Numbered from the stretch's first letter, positions 37,991-47,578 are shown. The stretch is DNA of 64,000 nt from a virus (IMGVR_UViG_3300009285_001197:1316-65315); one strand, 5' to 3'. Numbers and translations are program-made. The notes: generated from the letters alone by a model not told the origin.

Positions 37991-38076
37991 CACCAGCATC
38001 ACGTCTATTGAGACAACGCTTCGGGGACGTAAAAGGCAAACGCGTTGTACTTTGAATCTTTTAACCGAGGAATTTT

Positions 38077-38589
38077 ATGAGCAACGTAATGATTGACCTG
38101 GAAACACTGGGTAGTGGGAATAAAGCAGCGATCATCTCAATTGGTGCTGTTGAGTTCGACCCTGAAACCAAACGGCTTGGGCGTACATTCTACATGACGG
38201 TTAATGCGCAAAGCAGCGTAGAACTAGGTCTGGAAATCGATGCAGACACAGTAATGTGGTGGATGCAGCAGGATGTAAAAGCAAAAGAAGCCTTCAAAGA
38301 AAAAGGAGAACCTATCAGAGCTGCACTTGAAGAATTCGCTGACTGGTATCCAGATGAACGAACCCCCCTATGGGGCAACGGAGCAACTTTCGACAACGTC
38401 ATCCTAACCAACGCCTATCGCCTGGCAGGCATAAAACAACCCTGGCGATACAGTGCAGACCGTTGCTACCGCACTCTGAAGAACCTTCGACCTGACATCG
38501 AATACGCACGTATTGGGGTTCACCATAACGCCCTGGACGATGCGATTTATCAAGCACAGCATGCCATTAAATTACTCAACTCTCTGTAG
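38077..38589 (+). CDS. DEDDh 3'-5' exonuclease (RNase T/Rv2179c-like)
   Basis: VMIDLETLG, WGNGATFDNVIL, RCYRTL, HNALDDAIYQA. Confidence 0.88.
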   Translation: MSNVMIDLETLGSGNKAAIISIGAVEFDPETKRLGRTFYMTVNAQSSVELGLEIDADTVMWWMQQDVKAKEAFKEKGEPIRAALEEFADWYPDERTPLWGNGATFDNVILTNAYRLAGIKQPWRYSADRCYRTLKNLRPDIEYARIGVHHNALDDAIYQAQHAIKLLNSL

Positions 38590-38606
38590 TGTTCTGTCAG
38601 AGACTC

Positions 38607-38615
38607 TGATACAAT
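38607..38615 (+). promoter_or_regulatory. Extended -10 promoter
   Basis: TG-A-TACAAT about 12 nt before the 26-bp stem. Confidence 0.55.
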
Positions 38616-38627
38616 CTGTTAAACAAA

Positions 38628-38814
38628 TTGATACAGCAGTGCAACTAGGCTTGGAAGGAGCAGGCCTTAGTGGAGCAAGGTGGGTCACGGTAGGTAATAA
38701 GTAGCAGGCCATCAACCTGCCAACAGATAACTTCACGAACCCAAACGGAGTGGCGGGTAGGGGTGATTCCCAAGGTGTCCACACCGAACAAGCCTAGTTG
38801 CACTGCTGTATCAA
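38628..38814 (+). ncRNA. Candidate structured RNA closed by a perfect 26-bp inverted repeat
   Basis: TTGATACAGCAGTGCAACTAGGCTTG (38628-38653) pairs with CAAGCCTAGTTGCACTGCTGTATCAA (38789-38814); internal hairpins; intergenic. Confidence 0.55.
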
Positions 38815-38834
38815 ATATATTTTTAGGAAACACC

Positions 38835-39263
38835 ATGAACGCCATCCTGAAACCTAAAGTCGTCGCTCTGAAGCCCCAGGCACAGCCCCTTGGCAGCATG
38901 ATCGACACCCTCAACGACCTGCGCGAAGAAAAACGAGCCCTGGCAGCCAAGACCAAACTCGTCGAGGCTGCGTTCAACATCCTTCAGAGCCAGATCATCG
39001 AGCGCATGGACAAGGAAAAAACCCGTAAAGGCGAAGGCCGTAAAGCCCGCGTCAGCATTACCGAAGTCACTGTCGGCCAGTTCGACGGCAACGACCCTGA
39101 AGCCCATGACAAACTCCATGCCTACATCAAGAAAACCGGCTACTGGCACCTGCTGGAAAACAAAATCTCTGCCACTGCGTTCCGTGAAATTCTGGAACTC
39201 AAGGGCAAAGTACCGGGCTTGGTGCCGTTCACCAAGCGCAATCTGAACCTGCGCACGCTATAG
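38835..39263 (+). CDS. Hypothetical coiled-coil phage protein
   Basis: AGGA RBS before MNAILK; LLENKISATAFREIL..VPGL motif, often found next to SSB genes. Confidence 0.7.
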   Translation: MNAILKPKVVALKPQAQPLGSMIDTLNDLREEKRALAAKTKLVEAAFNILQSQIIERMDKEKTRKGEGRKARVSITEVTVGQFDGNDPEAHDKLHAYIKKTGYWHLLENKISATAFREILELKGKVPGLVPFTKRNLNLRTL

Positions 39264-39338
39264 GTTCTGTATAGGGGAATCCCCTATATACAAAGTCTCT
39301 TAGTCTCTGAAATAATCTGATAGAAGGAGTTAAACAAG

Positions 39339-40088
39339 ATGGCGACATCCAAAAGTACAGAAGTAGCAAAGGCAAAAAACAACTTGCCTGTTGATTTCAA
39401 CGCACAGATGGCAGCTGAAGTAGAGGGGTTCAAAAATCGCCTACAGACACATGGTGGTGACAAGATCAAGGCGGATGAAAAACTGTTCACCTTGCCAAAC
39501 GGAGATAGCGCAGAAGAACTGAGCGTCATCATCGTGGAGTTCGTCAGTACTAACAAGTACTACGACAAACCCTGGGACCCAAAAACCACTGTACCACCAA
39601 ACTGCTTTGCCATCAGTAATGAAGCAATTGGTATGGTGCCAAGCGATAACAGCCCCGACAAACAATGCGACTCCTGCACGGCTTGCTGGGCCAATCAATG
39701 GAACAGTGCTACTGCAGGCGCAGGCAAAGCTTGTAAGAATGAACGCTTCCTGGCAGTAATGGCACCCGATGATTTCGATGCACCGTTAATGGTTTTGAAT
39801 GTCACACCAACCGCACTGAAAAGTTTCGACAATTACGTGGCAAGCGTAGCCCGCAGCTTTCAGCGCCCACCGCGTGGCGTTATCACAACCATCAACTTCG
39901 ATCCGAACGTGAAGTACAGCTCGTTGCGCTTCAGCAACCCCATCCCTTGCACCCAAGAACAACTGGCTGCAGCCTGGGGGCGCAAAGACGAAGCAATGAC
40001 TCGCCTGCTGCAGGAGCCTGATGTCTCGAATTTCGAGAAGGCGGCGCCTAAAGCTAAGGGTAAAGCACCCGCACGCAGGGCTGCATGA
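39339..40088 (+). CDS. Probable ssDNA-binding/annealing protein
   Basis: AAGGAG RBS; YYDKPWDP..PPNCFA..CDSCTAC..NQW..GKACK pattern; replication module. Confidence 0.6.
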   Translation: MATSKSTEVAKAKNNLPVDFNAQMAAEVEGFKNRLQTHGGDKIKADEKLFTLPNGDSAEELSVIIVEFVSTNKYYDKPWDPKTTVPPNCFAISNEAIGMVPSDNSPDKQCDSCTACWANQWNSATAGAGKACKNERFLAVMAPDDFDAPLMVLNVTPTALKSFDNYVASVARSFQRPPRGVITTINFDPNVKYSSLRFSNPIPCTQEQLAAAWGRKDEAMTRLLQEPDVSNFEKAAPKAKGKAPARRAA

Positions 40089-40273
40089 ACTGGTTGGTCA
40101 ACGAAGCTCTGACCTCTGTCCGTAAGCTCCGTCAGAATATTGACCTGCTTACGGAAGAGGAGGTTCTTGCCGCACTGAAACTTGAACTTGGAAGCCGACG
40201 GCGCAAGCATGTCGTCGCCCTTCTTCAAACCAAAGCACGAAAACATTACCAAGCAACATTAACCAAGGAGTAG
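40085..40273 (+). CDS. Hypothetical protein
   Basis: 62 aa; ATGA coupling. Confidence 0.55.
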   Translation: MNWLVNEALTSVRKLRQNIDLLTEEEVLAALKLELGSRRRKHVVALLQTKARKHYQATLTKE

Positions 40274-40279
40274 TTAAAC

Positions 40280-40519
40280 ATGGCACGCCCACAATCTGTA
40301 GTACTGAGTAAAGAAGAAAAGAAAGCAGCTCTGGCAGAAGTCAAAGCCAGTATCAAGGAAGCTAAAGAAATTCAGAAAAACAACACAGCCCGTGAAAAAG
40401 CAGCCCTTAAAGAACACGCTGCCTTTATGAAGCAGCTTGGCAAAGATCAGGCCACCACTCTGAAACACTTGGTAGGTCTGGAATCCAAACTGGCTAAAAT
40501 GACTGCGCCTGCAGCATAA
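40280..40519 (+). CDS. Lys/Ala-rich basic protein
   Basis: AAGGAG RBS; 79 aa. Confidence 0.6.
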   Translation: MARPQSVVLSKEEKKAALAEVKASIKEAKEIQKNNTAREKAALKEHAAFMKQLGKDQATTLKHLVGLESKLAKMTAPAA

Positions 40520-40611
40520 AGCCACTCGTGAAGAACGGGATGTGCACAGCGCACGTTCGCCGGAACCGTAACCGGCACTTCTAGCAGCATAACCTTCAAA
40601 GAAAGGACATC

Positions 40612-40872
40612 ATGGCCTCGGCAAAAGCAGTACAGGTAATCCCCACTGGTAAAACAGCCAATCAGCATGACGCTGTCAACCACCCTTCGCACTATACTAG
40701 CGGAGAAATCGAATGTATCGACGCTATCCAGGCAGCTCTCACGGAAGAAGAGTTCCGTGGGTACTGTAAGGGAAACGCCCTGAAATACACATGGCGCGAA
40801 GAATTCAAAGGCGGGAATGAAGATTTGCAAAAAGCTGTCTGGTACTTAGATCGCATCGTTCATGGCAGTTAA
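40612..40872 (+). CDS. DUF3310 / T7 gp1.7-like protein
   Basis: DAVNHPSHYTSGEIECIDAI..GYCKGNALKYTWR..KGGNEDLQKAVWYL. Confidence 0.88.
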   Translation: MASAKAVQVIPTGKTANQHDAVNHPSHYTSGEIECIDAIQAALTEEEFRGYCKGNALKYTWREEFKGGNEDLQKAVWYLDRIVHGS

Positions 40873-41251
40873 ACCGGAGACGCAATTTATGGCAAGTGTC
40901 CACAAGCACTTGCCATCTTCGATTTATAAATGCAAAATGAATAATCCCTACATCGGGGGAATACCTGACGTGTGGTACAGTGGGAGCAAGGCGGACTTAT
41001 GGGTTGAATACAAATTCATACCCAGGAACCCAACCCGTGGTACGGTGAAGTTTAATCTATCAGAATTACAAAAACATTGGTTAGAGCAGCGACAAACCGA
41101 AGGTCGCAATGTCGCGATCATCGTTGGATGCCCTGCTGGCGGAGTGCTAGTATCACCTCCCACCTACGAAGTCTCTGTAAGTACTTTTAACTCTCTGCTA
41201 CAATCCCGAGCCGATCTGGCAGCCTGGATTAGACAGCGCACAGAAGGCTAA
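40862..41251 (+). CDS. VRR-NUC/Holliday junction resolvase-like nuclease
   Basis: PETQF..GGIPDVW..WVEYK..LSELQKHWL. Confidence 0.78.
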   Translation: MAVKPETQFMASVHKHLPSSIYKCKMNNPYIGGIPDVWYSGSKADLWVEYKFIPRNPTRGTVKFNLSELQKHWLEQRQTEGRNVAIIVGCPAGGVLVSPPTYEVSVSTFNSLLQSRADLAAWIRQRTEG

Positions 41252-41375
41252 CCATGTTAAATCAACTGATCAAAACCACGAAAGTGGTCAGTGTCACTTA
41301 TCGCCTGCTTTCTACATCAGTCCTGCTTGCAGCTTTAGTAAAAAGCATCGTGGACAGAAAAAAAAGGAAACCCCC

Positions 41376-41783
41376 ATGAGTATTCGCTCCGAAAAAACAA
41401 TCTACACCCTACTGGAAAAACACCTCCGTTCAGCACCCTACCCCATGACATGCACTAACCTCATGGAAATTTCGGAAATTAGGGAGCAGGCCCTAGATGA
41501 TTTCAGTGGGGATACCAGAGACGTCAGAGTTGCAACCAACAAACTCTCTGATACCCTCGGATTTATGTGGCGACGCGGAATACTTACCCGCTTTCCATCC
41601 CAGGAAGCAAACAGTTTTGCTCGCTACGCGTACATATGGGATCAACAAGATGATGCCAGGCCGGTCGAGCCTATCAAACCAACCCAACGGAAAGTCGGAA
41701 AATCCGAACTGAAGATCACCGAACTTGACGATGGGATTCTCATTGAAATGGACAAATTTACCGTGATGATCAAACCAAAATGA
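41376..41783 (+). CDS. Hypothetical protein (possible winged helix)
   Basis: 135 aa; LSDTLGFMWRRGILTRF. Confidence 0.6.
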   Translation: MSIRSEKTIYTLLEKHLRSAPYPMTCTNLMEISEIREQALDDFSGDTRDVRVATNKLSDTLGFMWRRGILTRFPSQEANSFARYAYIWDQQDDARPVEPIKPTQRKVGKSELKITELDDGILIEMDKFTVMIKPK

Positions 41784-41968
41784 AAGATGATCCAGCCCTA
41801 ATCAATGCCGATATAACTTATGGGATGAATGTCCTGATCCGAGATTTCTTCGGCCCAGACATTCGTCTTGACAAATTCCAGCTTGAGATGACCTCCCCAG
41901 ATGGAGAAGTCCATCTGTCTTGGGCGCTCAATGCTAAAACACTCTAACATTCTCTAAAGGAGAACCCA

Positions 41969-42181
41969 ATGAATATGTCAGTTACCGATACCATCAAAAA
42001 TATTAACTGGAAACTTCTCCGCGAACAAAAAGAATACTGTATCAACGAAGCCAATAATAACCAAGAAGCCACGAACATTTATGATGGACTCATCCACCTT
42101 ATAGATGCACTTCAGGACGCAGCAGTCAACGACGGGCTTGCCACAGAAAATGAAGTCTTCGGTGAACTGGAGGAGCCATGA
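41969..42181 (+). CDS. Hypothetical protein
   Basis: AAGGAG RBS; INWKLLREQK..GLIHLIDALQD. Confidence 0.6.
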   Translation: MNMSVTDTIKNINWKLLREQKEYCINEANNNQEATNIYDGLIHLIDALQDAAVNDGLATENEVFGELEEP

Positions 42182-42344
42182 GCTTCGCAGTAGTAAGTGG
42201 CACCCCTGCCGATGGCTTCCACCTCATCGGCCCTTTCCCGCACTCAGCCCTGGCAATTGAATGGGCGGAAGCTTGGGAAGAGGATATTGACTGGTGGATT
42301 TTACCCATTATTGAACCCCTCAAACTGGAACAGGAGAGACTGAA

Positions 42345-43133
42345 ATGACTGATCTTAGCGTACTCAACCACTTACGTGCCAAAGCACCCAGCATCTTCGC
42401 CGAAGAGCCTTACGGTGGAATGTCCGACAAATACAAATTCATCCCAACCAGCGAAGTAGTCGAGAAACTACTCGGCGAAGGTTTTATTGTTTCCAGCTTT
42501 CAGGAAAACCGGGTCCGCAGCGAAGACAAACATGGCTTTGCCAAACACACGGTCCGCTTTCGCCAACCTCGGCTGGCACCCCAGGTCGGCGATGTAATCC
42601 CTGAAGTCGTCCTCACCAATAGCCACGACGGAACCAGTGCGTTCCAACTCTCTGCTGGACTCTATCGGTTAGTCTGTTCGAACGGCATGATAGTGGGCAA
42701 TGACATGATCAATGTTCGTCAACGCCATAGCGGAAATGTCGGAGATGTCATAGAGGGCGTATTCAGCGTACTGAATGAAATGCCCGAAGTTATCGACACG
42801 GCACAACGCTGGCAGGGCATAACTCTGAGTAATGAACAGCGGGTTGCTTTCGCTAAAGCAGCCATCCCCCTACGATGGGATGCTGACGAACACAATAATT
42901 TCCCAGTACGAGCTGACCAGATTCTGCGCCCTCGCCGTCAGGCAGACGTGGCCCCGACCTTGTGGAACACCTTCAACGTCATGCAGGAGCACATCATCAA
43001 AGGTGGAGTTCGTGCCATCAGCAGTAATGGTCGGCGTCGTGCCAGCAAGGCCGTCAATAGTGTCAACGAAGACACCCGGCTGAACAAGGCGTTATGGTCA
43101 CTTGCAGCTGAGATGGAAAAACTCGCAGCGTAA
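42345..43133 (+). CDS. DUF932-family protein
   Basis: SDKYKFIPT, HGFAKHTVRFR, NSHDGTSAFQLSAGLYRLVCSNG, LWNTFNVMQE, LNKALW. Confidence 0.85.
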   Translation: MTDLSVLNHLRAKAPSIFAEEPYGGMSDKYKFIPTSEVVEKLLGEGFIVSSFQENRVRSEDKHGFAKHTVRFRQPRLAPQVGDVIPEVVLTNSHDGTSAFQLSAGLYRLVCSNGMIVGNDMINVRQRHSGNVGDVIEGVFSVLNEMPEVIDTAQRWQGITLSNEQRVAFAKAAIPLRWDADEHNNFPVRADQILRPRRQADVAPTLWNTFNVMQEHIIKGGVRAISSNGRRRASKAVNSVNEDTRLNKALWSLAAEMEKLAA

Positions 43134-43307
43134 CGAGCACTCCTCCCCGAGCCGCCAATGGCTCGGCCCCAGACGCAGGTGGGCAACAGCGTCAGTGTGG
43201 GTGTGAGGCTTTTTCCAATTTACCTTATAGCCCACACCGGGAGAAGCGCACGCTACGCGCTAGTCCTGCAAGCCAAGATGCAGGCACTAATTCTTAGGAG
43301 AACTTTG

Positions 43308-43841
43308 ATGGGATGGCTATGTGGCGACAAACCGCTTAACGTGAAGGAATTCCTCGATTCCCGCTGGGTCGAGGGCTACACCGTACTGAAATCCGCACTC
43401 AAACTCACCGAATATTACGCAGCAATTCAGCTACCTAACGGGCAGGTGATCTGCGCCATATACCTGCTCAAGTTTTACAGAGCGGGTGGATACCACCACG
43501 GTGGAGAATGGTGCCGCAAGGACATGGACGAATACTCAGGTCCGAACGCAAACAACTGCCCTGAGTCCATTCTGAAACTGCTCAGCCCTATCGACACCAC
43601 ACAGTACGGTCACGAGTGGGCGCAAGAGTGGCGCAATCGCTGCTGGGCGAAAATCAACAAGCGTAAGGCTACTTCTAACCTCACTGCAGGCATGGTTGTG
43701 CAATACGGAAACCAAAAATACTCATTAAAAAGGAAACTAAAAACCGGGGCGTGGGAAGTATTCGACTCTAACGGTTATGGCCCCTATCGAATGAAACGCA
43801 GCCAACTTGAAAAAGCTGAGGTGTTTATATGTCAAACCTAA
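43308..43841 (+). CDS. DUF6927-like protein
   Basis: AGGAG RBS before MGW; KDMDEYSGP..NCPESILKLLSP..AQEWRNRC. Confidence 0.7.
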   Translation: MGWLCGDKPLNVKEFLDSRWVEGYTVLKSALKLTEYYAAIQLPNGQVICAIYLLKFYRAGGYHHGGEWCRKDMDEYSGPNANNCPESILKLLSPIDTTQYGHEWAQEWRNRCWAKINKRKATSNLTAGMVVQYGNQKYSLKRKLKTGAWEVFDSNGYGPYRMKRSQLEKAEVFICQT

Positions 43842-44035
43842 GAAACTTAAAAAACTCAGCAAAACAAAGCTGTGAATTTCGCGGGCACAAAATGTCCAGG
43901 TGGATGCTAAACGCCGACAAAACCGCAGGCAGTGCGCAATGCAAGTCATGCCATCGGTTTGTGTTTATAACGACGCACCCTTTACCAAATGAAATAGACA
44001 TATCTGGCGAAGCTGTTGCCCGAAGTTGCAAATAG
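43829..44035 (+). CDS. Small Cys/His-containing protein
   Basis: GAGG RBS; CEFRGH..CKSC. Confidence 0.55.
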   Translation: MSNLRNLKNSAKQSCEFRGHKMSRWMLNADKTAGSAQCKSCHRFVFITTHPLPNEIDISGEAVARSCK

Positions 44036-44046
44036 GAGGCCTTGAC

Positions 44047-44289
44047 ATGCGCTTCAACACACCTGATGAAGTAAAGATTTGGGCGGCTAAAGTAGCGGCT
44101 GATGACTACAGAAGGCATATTGAATTTGGAATAGACCTTAACCCTTTTTGCACCAGTGGCGCTCGCAACGACTGGCAACGTGGATTTGATAATCTACCAC
44201 CTCGCAGCTACGAAACTACCCAAGACTTCGACACCATTTACCATCGAGGTCGGGCTGTTGCCCTACTCATAAAGGATAAACAATCATGA
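44047..44289 (+). CDS. Hypothetical protein
   Basis: AGGAGG RBS. Confidence 0.55.
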   Translation: MRFNTPDEVKIWAAKVAADDYRRHIEFGIDLNPFCTSGARNDWQRGFDNLPPRSYETTQDFDTIYHRGRAVALLIKDKQS

Positions 44290-44501
44290 GCTTCAAACCT
44301 GGTTTCAAAATACGCGGAGAAAAAGACCTCTGCACCAACGCACAAGCATTCGCTACTCGCGAAGAAGCACATGCTTCAGCCCATGCACGTTTCATGGTCT
44401 GGACCGTGCCGGAAGACTTCGGGGTTATCGAATCCGACGAACCTGTGAACTATGCATGGGTAGACGGGCAGAATGTAATGGTTAATCGAGCGGCAGCATG
44501 A
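44286..44501 (+). CDS. Hypothetical protein
   Basis: MSFKP..NAQAFATREEA..ESDEPVNYAW, a conserved-looking small phage protein. Confidence 0.6.
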   Translation: MSFKPGFKIRGEKDLCTNAQAFATREEAHASAHARFMVWTVPEDFGVIESDEPVNYAWVDGQNVMVNRAAA

Positions 44502-45151
44502 AACCAAACGACCTACCCATCCACGAGATAATGACCAGCAAGCTGGCTGAATCCATCGTTGGGAAGCTGAGCCATACCACCAAGATGCCCTGCCCCAGCT
44601 ACAGCCTGCCAACATCTGCCTGCAAGGCTGGTGAGCACCTATCCAAGCTGCCCAATAGCGTGTGTAGCAAGTGCTATGCAAAGAAAGGCAACTACCGTTT
44701 TGGCGATGTTGTTCGACAAGCTCGACTTGTAAACTTGTACCATCCTCGTTGGGTAGAAGCCATGGTTCATCTGATCCGCGAATCTGACACTCTCCATTTC
44801 AGATGGCACGACTCTGGCGACCTACAAAGCATGACGCACTTCCTGAACATCTTGCTTGTAGCCCGTACCCTGCCAGAGGTGAAGTTCTGGCTACCCACAC
44901 AGGAGGCCAGTTTGATGCGTCAGGTGCAGCAGCACCCATGGGTGCACTTCCCACAGAATCTGGTTGTACGTGTGTCCTCCACTCTGATAGACTCTGAACC
45001 CCGTAAGTGGCCATGGAATACTAGCACCGTCCACAAGCACCGCGATCCTGTGGGACACATCTGCCCTGCACCGGCACAGGGCAACAAATGTGGTACATGC
45101 AGGATTTGCTGGGACAAGGAGGTTAAGAATGTCAGCTACAAACAACACTGA
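44498..45151 (+). CDS. GP88-like protein
   Basis: SYSLPTSAC..CSKCYAKKGNY..FRWHDSGD..FWLPT..CPA..CGTCRICW. Confidence 0.78.
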   Translation: MKPNDLPIHEIMTSKLAESIVGKLSHTTKMPCPSYSLPTSACKAGEHLSKLPNSVCSKCYAKKGNYRFGDVVRQARLVNLYHPRWVEAMVHLIRESDTLHFRWHDSGDLQSMTHFLNILLVARTLPEVKFWLPTQEASLMRQVQQHPWVHFPQNLVVRVSSTLIDSEPRKWPWNTSTVHKHRDPVGHICPAPAQGNKCGTCRICWDKEVKNVSYKQH

Positions 45152-45320
45152 TGCTCTAAAAGATAGGGTTATTAACGCAGCGGCAACGCTGTATGAATAT
45201 CTCGAAATAGCCCCAAACGATAGATACCAATCAAGCTCAGATGATGCTGTTTGGGAACTTCGGGATGCTATCGACGCACTGTTTGATCAAACAGGAACGC
45301 CTACATCATGGATAAGATAA
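45129..45320 (+). CDS. Hypothetical protein
   Basis: AAGGAGG RBS before MSATNN. Confidence 0.5.
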   Translation: MSATNNTDALKDRVINAAATLYEYLEIAPNDRYQSSSDDAVWELRDAIDALFDQTGTPTSWIR

Positions 45321-45459
45321 CTGCTGAACTCTGCCCGCGAACCTTTGCCTTGTGGAAACCTGGAGTATCTATCCCAGGTGTTTATCACCACTTTGCCTAC
45401 TCGGGAAAGATTCCTTGTACAGGGCGGATCGTATGCACGATGTGTGGAAAGGAAAAATC

Positions 45460-45789
45460 ATGACACCTCAAGAACGATTTACCAATGCCTATCTTGAAGC
45501 CATTGACTTCACTGAAACAGGTGGCAAAGACCAGCCTGCTACAGGGGCAGAACTTACAGCACTGTCACATTGTATCGCACTGAACGACTGCGCGAACTTC
45601 TGGAGAGCTTACGGTGATCTCATTCACGAGGCTCGTGCTGAGCAGGCAGGGCACGACTTCTTGCTGACTCGCAACGGACACGGGGTAGGGTTTTGGGACA
45701 GGCCAGAAATATACGGCACAGAGTTAAGCGACCAACTGACCCGTGCCAGCACGGCATGTGGTGAAGTAGATGTTGAATACATAAGTTGA
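45460..45789 (+). CDS. Conserved hypothetical phage protein
   Basis: AGHDFLLTRNGHGVGFWDR motif; AAGGA RBS. Confidence 0.68.
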   Translation: MTPQERFTNAYLEAIDFTETGGKDQPATGAELTALSHCIALNDCANFWRAYGDLIHEARAEQAGHDFLLTRNGHGVGFWDRPEIYGTELSDQLTRASTACGEVDVEYIS

Positions 45790-45800
45790 GAGGAAACAAA

Positions 45801-46049
45801 ATGACCGAACAATACAATTTCAACATAGGCTTCCTAGTACCATCAGGGCGATGGGAAGTAGGTGTGGACACCGCAGCAGCCTACGGCTTCTTCGAAGATC
45901 AGGTTAACGGTACAGGCGGGGGTCTGTGGTTCGAACGAAAAGGTTATGAACTCGAACTCATAGACTACGACGGGGTTGAGGTACTGCCTAGTAGCATCAT
46001 CCGTGGTCTGCGTGAGCGCGGACTTATTGTCGGGGAGGAGTTTGAGTGA
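45801..46049 (+). CDS. Hypothetical protein
   Basis: GGGLWF..ELIDYDGV.VLP motif; GAGG RBS. Confidence 0.62.
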   Translation: MTEQYNFNIGFLVPSGRWEVGVDTAAAYGFFEDQVNGTGGGLWFERKGYELELIDYDGVEVLPSSIIRGLRERGLIVGEEFE

Positions 46050-46327
46050 TCCGCTTTATCACTGTCAAAAAAGCCGCAGAATTCACAGGCTACACAGAGG
46101 CGGCAATCAAGACTAAAATACGCGATTTCGTCTGGCTCGAAAATGAAGTCTGGATTCGAGCCCCAGACGGTCGCGTATTGATTTCCATCGAGGGATATAA
46201 CTCATGGGCAGAGTCTACAGTACCGGCGTCGAAGCCTTCTCGGCAACGACGATCCGTATCACCTTCACCTATCAGGGCATCCGTTGCCGCGAAGCACTCA
46301 AGCTTGAGCCCACTCCCGCTAATCTAA
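46046..46327 (+). CDS. xis: Excisionase
   Basis: ITVKKAAEFTGYTEAAIKTKIRDFVWLENEVWIRAPDGRVLISIEGYNSW; directly upstream of and overlapping int. Confidence 0.8.
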   Translation: MIRFITVKKAAEFTGYTEAAIKTKIRDFVWLENEVWIRAPDGRVLISIEGYNSWAESTVPASKPSRQRRSVSPSPIRASVAAKHSSLSPLPLI

Positions 46328-47382
46328 AGCGAGCGGCGAATCACCGGGCAGTCATCCTCGACGCTATCGAAAAAGGCACGTTTGACTACGCAGTCACCTT
46401 TCCGAACAGCAAGCGAGTACCCCAGTTCAGTAACAAAACAGTTAGCGACCTGTCTTTTGCTAAGCACCTCGACCAGTGGTTGAAAAGTAGGTCAAAACAA
46501 CTCAAAGCCAGCACCCTGCACGCCTATAGAAAGTTGGTCAACCGTATCCCAGAATCACTAGGCAGCATCCCGCTCCAAAGCCTGAAACGCGCAGACATTC
46601 GCGCGTGGCTGGAAACACTCAGCGCAGGTAATCAGTACCTGGCCAACCTGCAAAGTGTGCTGCGGAGTTCACTGCACGACGCTGCTGAAGACGGGTTGCT
46701 ACAGACGAACCCAATGCAGGGATGGGTGTATCGCGTGAGGGATGTCATCAAGGAAGACAGTGACATCCTACCCTTCACCGCCATAGAGCAAGCTGTCATT
46801 CTGGCCCAGCTTACGGGTCAGAGCCTGAACCTTGTCCAGTTTGCCTTCTGGACAGGTTTACGGACCTCCGAACTCGCAGGGCTCGACTGGGGTGACATCG
46901 ACTGGCTACGAGGTATTGTCCGCATACGCAGAGTCAAAACACAAGTGTCAGACCAACCCGAGCCGCCCAAGAATCGCGGAAGCATCCGTGACGTCAAACT
47001 TCTCCCCCTTGCCCTCGAAGCCCTGATACGACAGAAACAGTACACCTACGTGGCAGGTAAGGAAGTATTCCAAGACCCACTCCACCTGGCTCGCTGGAAA
47101 GGGGACTTCCCTATCCGCACCAACCTGTGGAAACCTGCCTTACGTCGCGCAGGGGTGCTCTACCGTCGCCCATACCAGACACGCCACACCTACGCCAGCA
47201 TGATGCTCACCGCAGGCGAAGACCCTATGTGGGTCGCTCAACAGATGGGTCACAGCGACTGGGGTATGATTCGTAAGGTCTATGGAAAATGGATCACAGA
47301 AGATCGCCCGGATGCCGGGGCAAAAGCTGTCGCCATGTTTTCAAACATAAAGGGGGTTAAAAATGCTGCTCACAAAGAATGA
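46204..47382 (+). CDS. int: Tyrosine integrase with N-terminal arm-binding (DUF3596-like) domain
   Basis: IRITFTYQGIRCRE..YAVTFPNS; TGLRTSE, RPYQTRHTYAS, QQMGHSD..YG. Confidence 0.93.
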   Translation: MGRVYSTGVEAFSATTIRITFTYQGIRCREALKLEPTPANLKRAANHRAVILDAIEKGTFDYAVTFPNSKRVPQFSNKTVSDLSFAKHLDQWLKSRSKQLKASTLHAYRKLVNRIPESLGSIPLQSLKRADIRAWLETLSAGNQYLANLQSVLRSSLHDAAEDGLLQTNPMQGWVYRVRDVIKEDSDILPFTAIEQAVILAQLTGQSLNLVQFAFWTGLRTSELAGLDWGDIDWLRGIVRIRRVKTQVSDQPEPPKNRGSIRDVKLLPLALEALIRQKQYTYVAGKEVFQDPLHLARWKGDFPIRTNLWKPALRRAGVLYRRPYQTRHTYASMMLTAGEDPMWVAQQMGHSDWGMIRKVYGKWITEDRPDAGAKAVAMFSNIKGVKNAAHKE

Positions 47383-47578
47383 TCACAAATTTCTGCTTAA
47401 AGCCTGTGCTGATAAAAGAGCAACTGATGAGGAGAAAGAGTTCATGTCGTACATGGCCTCGATGGCCGCTGCAGCAGAAGAAGTTTCTGCAGAAGATGCT
47501 CACCGCGTAGCACAACTCACAGGGTCAATCCTGACTCATGATGGGTCCATCTTTGACCGCCCTAAATGTGGGCAGTAA
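47363..47578 (+). CDS. Hypothetical protein
   Basis: 71 aa with AAGGGGG RBS. Confidence 0.45.
   Translation: MLLTKNDHKFLLKACADKRATDEEKEFMSYMASMAAAAEEVSAEDAHRVAQLTGSILTHDGSIFDRPKCGQ

Noticed and set aside
38645-38980. ORFs crossing the 26-bp inverted repeat (38513..38704, 38572..38784, 38645..38980)
   Set aside because: Their shared DTAVQLGL peptide is a by-product of the inverted repeat; no RBS support.
46204-47382. Integrase as the integron integrase (IntI) for the cassette array
   Set aside because: It has an arm-binding N-terminal domain, adjacent xis and attP, and no evident IntI-specific insertion; it is 12 kb from the array.
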